Source: an uncultured archaeon (GTDB taxonomy: Archaea > Aenigmatarchaeota > Aenigmatarchaeia > CG10238-14). From it: a stretch of DNA of 36,130 nt. Position 1 is the stretch's first letter. Every line of letters begins with the position of its first letter. The stretch spans positions 1 to 36,130 of the forward strand of contig CAYLUO010000001.1 in NCBI GenBank assembly GCA_964386885.1, written 5' to 3'. The notes beneath the pieces are model-generated. The model saw only the letters and a list, made by a program, of their open reading frames with translations. It did no database searches and was not told where the DNA came from. The translations under genes and the position numbers were made by a program. Shown here one piece after another: positions 33,634 through 36,130 of the stretch.

Positions 33634-34595
33634 TGAGAAAAATAGAATTAGCAAAAGAAAGAAAAATTTTATTAATAACTCTAGCAATATCAGCAATTTT
33701 AATTCTTATAGGAATAATAGCTGGAGATACTGGTGTTTTAGGAAGTGCAATATTTATTTCTGTATTTTTAGTAGCAGCACCTCAATTGATTTTGAATTAT
33801 ATCGCATTCAAAAATATTAGAGAAATGGAATATGTGTTTCCACATTTTTTAAGAGATTTAGTAGAAATAACAAGAGCTGGTGTTCCATTGCATAAAGGAA
33901 TTATATTCACAAGTAAAACAAATTATGGACCTTTGTCACCAGAAATAAAAAAAATGGCAAACCAATTAACATGGAATGTAAATATACTGACTGTTCTTGA
34001 ACAATTCAGAAAAAGAATGAGAAGAAGCAAGACACTAACAAAAGTAGTAAGAGTTATGATAGAAACATACAAGTCTGGTGGATCAGTTGACAATACTTTA
34101 AATTCTTTATCAACAACTTTGGCAACAATTCAGGATACACAAAAAGAAAGAAAGGCTATGCTTAATCAATATGTAATCGCAATGTATGCAATTTGTTTTA
34201 TTTTTATTGGAATAATAGTTGCAATAAACAGGTTAATGGTTCCAATATTTCAATCAATGGGAGCTCAGGGTGGTGGAATTGGTGGAGGACCTTTAGCAAG
34301 TGTAGTTTCAAATCCATGTTCTATTTGTATTGGTAGAGGAGGATTAGGATGTGCTCCATGTTCTATTTATTCTGGCATATGTTCTGTGTTTGGTTCTGCA
34401 ACAACAGGAATAGCATGTTATTACATGGCATTATTCTTTTCAATGGCTGTTATTCAGGCAATCACTGGTGGCTTAGTTGCTGGGCAGATTGGTGAGGGTT
34501 CTGTGCGCGCTGGATTTAAACATAGCCTAATTATGTTAACTGTTGTTATTGGTGCATTTTTCATACTTGTGAGATTAAACTTCATAGGTGTATAA
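33633..34595 (+). CDS. Type IV filament platform protein, one T2SSF domain, part 2, with a Cys/Gly-rich insert
   Basis: 320 aa. The T2SSF-type domain reads FPHFLRDLVEITRAGVPL...ETYKSGGSVDNTL. There is a TAATG overlap with part 1. The insert is GAQGGGIGGGP...CSICIGRGGLGCAPCSIYSGIC. Confidence 0.8.
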   Translation: MRKIELAKERKILLITLAISAILILIGIIAGDTGVLGSAIFISVFLVAAPQLILNYIAFKNIREMEYVFPHFLRDLVEITRAGVPLHKGIIFTSKTNYGPLSPEIKKMANQLTWNVNILTVLEQFRKRMRRSKTLTKVVRVMIETYKSGGSVDNTLNSLSTTLATIQDTQKERKAMLNQYVIAMYAICFIFIGIIVAINRLMVPIFQSMGAQGGGIGGGPLASVVSNPCSICIGRGGLGCAPCSIYSGICSVFGSATTGIACYYMALFFSMAVIQAITGGLVAGQIGEGSVRAGFKHSLIMLTVVIGAFFILVRLNFIGV

Positions 34596-35057
34596 GTGAA
34601 AGGACAATTAACCATACAATATTTAGTCTCTTTTGTGATTTTCATTGGATTAGTCACATACATTTATTTAGCATACTCTAGTAATGTCCCGCAATTTATT
34701 GATGAAATTAGAAAAGAAAGTTATAGGTCAGAAGCATTCCAGATATCAGAAATTTTAGTAAATGATGTATTATCAGATGAAGATCAAAACAAACAAAATT
34801 TCATTTCAAAGCAAGAAATAGAAAATTTGGAAACACAATTAGAAACTAATGATATTAAAGATGTTATAAAAAGTAATGAAAATTGTATGTTGATAATTTC
34901 CAATGTTGATTTGACTACTGGAAGTAGAGATGAAAAATTGTTATTATATATTCCATCATCAGGATTTACAACAACAATACAAGCAAAAGTAACAAGATAC
35001 GCAACATATATTGATAATGGAAATGTAAAATTAGCTGAAATAATAGTTGAATTGTGA
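34596..35057 (+). CDS. Pilin-like protein with a class III signal peptide
   Basis: 153 aa. The GTG start directly follows the platform gene TAA. The N-terminus is MKG|QLTIQYLVSFVIFIGLVTYIYL. Confidence 0.6.
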   Translation: MKGQLTIQYLVSFVIFIGLVTYIYLAYSSNVPQFIDEIRKESYRSEAFQISEILVNDVLSDEDQNKQNFISKQEIENLETQLETNDIKDVIKSNENCMLIISNVDLTTGSRDEKLLLYIPSSGFTTTIQAKVTRYATYIDNGNVKLAEIIVEL

Positions 35058-35061
35058 TAAA

Positions 35062-36003
35062 ATGAAAGGTATAATTAGTTTAATAGAAGTTGGGATAGCA
35101 GGAGTAATATTAATGATGGCATTCCTACATTTTTTTCCAAAATATTCTATAAGGTCAAATTGGGATAGAGTTCTTTTATTAACAAAAGTGGAGGATACTT
35201 TGAAGGTTATTGATAATATGAATAAGACATATGAGTTTGCAACTGATTCTGACAAATTTAATGATTTTATGGGAAATGTTTTTAGTCCAGAAGAGGCTGG
35301 GGTAATTATCTGGTGGAAGGAAATTAATGGTTTAGAAATTGAAGATCAACTTACTATACCACATTTTACCCAAGCACAAAAAGCAACTATAACTGATGTT
35401 ACAGATATAACTTTTGATGATGATTTTGAATCAGGAGACTTTGACAAATGGACTACTGCTGAATCAGGATGGACAATTATAGATGAAGGTGGAAATAATA
35501 TTGCGCAAGGAATAGATAGTTCAACATCTGGTTCACCAAGTTTAATAAAAGATATTTCAGATAGTTCTCAGGGAACATACAAAGGAAAATTCAAATTTAA
35601 TGAAACAAATTCTTGGCATTATCCAGCCATTCATGTCACGACACCAAATGGTGCAGCTTTATATGCTGTAGTTGCAAAAAGTGATGGACACTTTGGTTAT
35701 TATGATAAAGATGCAGGAACTTATAAAAATTATCCAAGTGATACAACATATGTCGCAAACACATGGTATAATATTACACTTAAATGGGATTCTGGTACAT
35801 TTTGGGTTTGGATAAATGATGATCTAAAAACACCAGATGGTATAACAGTAAGTGCTTATGATGGTGAAGCATGGACAGGTATAGATAAATTAAGACTTTT
35901 ACCTTCTGCAAGTTCAACAACAGGAACCATGTGGGTTGATGATATTGAACTAAAAGTATTTTATGCATATAGTTTCACATTAGGACTAGGATATCCATAT
36001 TAA
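35062..36003 (+). CDS. Pilin-like protein with a C-terminal concanavalin A/LamG-like lectin domain (candidate adhesin)
   Basis: ATG 35062 gives MKG|IISLIEVGIAGVILMMAF; the ORF track opens at TTG 35047. The C-terminal ~190 aa read FDDDFESGDFDKWT...GWTIIDEGG...WYNITLKWDSGTFWVWINDD...MWVDDIEL. This follows the LamG/DUF1080-type jelly-roll pattern. Confidence 0.65.
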   Translation: MKGIISLIEVGIAGVILMMAFLHFFPKYSIRSNWDRVLLLTKVEDTLKVIDNMNKTYEFATDSDKFNDFMGNVFSPEEAGVIIWWKEINGLEIEDQLTIPHFTQAQKATITDVTDITFDDDFESGDFDKWTTAESGWTIIDEGGNNIAQGIDSSTSGSPSLIKDISDSSQGTYKGKFKFNETNSWHYPAIHVTTPNGAALYAVVAKSDGHFGYYDKDAGTYKNYPSDTTYVANTWYNITLKWDSGTFWVWINDDLKTPDGITVSAYDGEAWTGIDKLRLLPSASSTTGTMWVDDIELKVFYAYSFTLGLGYPY

Positions 36004-36130
36004 TGCAATCTTATTGCTTCTAAATTTTTAGGAACTATTGTTTCTGTTCTTAATATTTTATGTAAAGCTCTTGCCAATTCAATTGGCTTTGAATTATCAC
36101 CATGACATATTACAACTCTTTCTGGTCTTG
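36000..36130 (-). CDS. C-terminal fragment of a probable beta-CASP/metallo-beta-lactamase RNase (aCPSF-like); start outside the window
   Basis: The minus-strand frame reads ...RPERVVICHGDNSKPIELARALHKILRTETIVPKNLEAIRLH*. This resembles the conserved C-terminus of beta-CASP ribonucleases (P..v.lvHGe......l...i.........P.ngE.i.l). It is not in the ORF track because it is truncated by the window edge. Confidence 0.4.
   Translation of the reverse strand, partial: RPERVVICHGDNSKPIELARALHKILRTETIVPKNLEAIRLH

Noticed and set aside
33623-33820. 65-aa plus-strand ORF overlapping the start of the second platform gene
   Set aside because: It is an alternative frame of a gene with a clear T2SSF domain and is Asn/Ser/Ile-rich low complexity.
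32764-34595. Split platform genes as a frameshifted pseudogene
   Set aside because: Each half has its own complete T2SSF-type domain and TM helices, and the junction is a clean TAATG coupling overlap rather than a disrupted domain. A sequencing indel cannot be excluded without reads.
1-36130. CRISPR arrays, rRNA genes, transposases/IS elements and long tandem repeats
   Set aside because: Reading the short intergenic regions and the ORF set, I saw no regularly spaced direct repeats, no rRNA-like GC-rich structured stretches and no transposase-like ORFs. A computational repeat search is still advisable.

Overview
Visibly AT-rich, very gene-dense archaeal chromosome segment; intergenic gaps are mostly under 100 nt and many stop/start codons overlap. 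Archaeal hallmarks: thermosome, Orc1/Cdc6, Rpo11, Dph2, deoxyhypusine synthase, class I LysRS, an intron-containing tRNA and class III signal-peptide pilins. The compactness and several shortened proteins suggest a reduced-genome (DPANN-like) archaeon, but that is inference. Most of the window is housekeeping: pyrG, guaA subunit B, argS, lysK, smc-scpA, orc1/cdc6, ths, dys, dph2, rpoL, an NSS transporter and a rhomboid protease. Four parts deserve attention. (1) 19.6-22.0 kb holds a tight operon of unrecognisable small proteins, three with single glycine-zipper membrane helices, plus a stand-alone Mrr-type PD-(D/E)xK nuclease, ending at an initiator-like tRNA-Met. This is my best candidate for an undescribed membrane-linked conflict or defence system. 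(2) 29.1-36.0 kb holds a type IV pilus locus: five prepilin-like genes, a FlaI/PilB-type ATPase, a platform protein split into two genes with a Cys/Gly-rich insert, and a pilin-like protein with a lectin-type C-terminal domain. (3) 12.6-16.0 kb holds a split permease, a NifX-like protein, a DUF59 protein and two MinD-ferredoxin ATPases, a plausible metallocluster module. (4) Single-gene oddities: an SMC with roughly half-length arms, a tRNA-Ile(UAU) with two introns, a stand-alone AEP primase-polymerase-like gene and a DRG-type GTPase with degenerate G motifs. I saw no CRISPR array, rRNA, transposase or integrase. All homology calls come from motif recognition by eye, not database searches.
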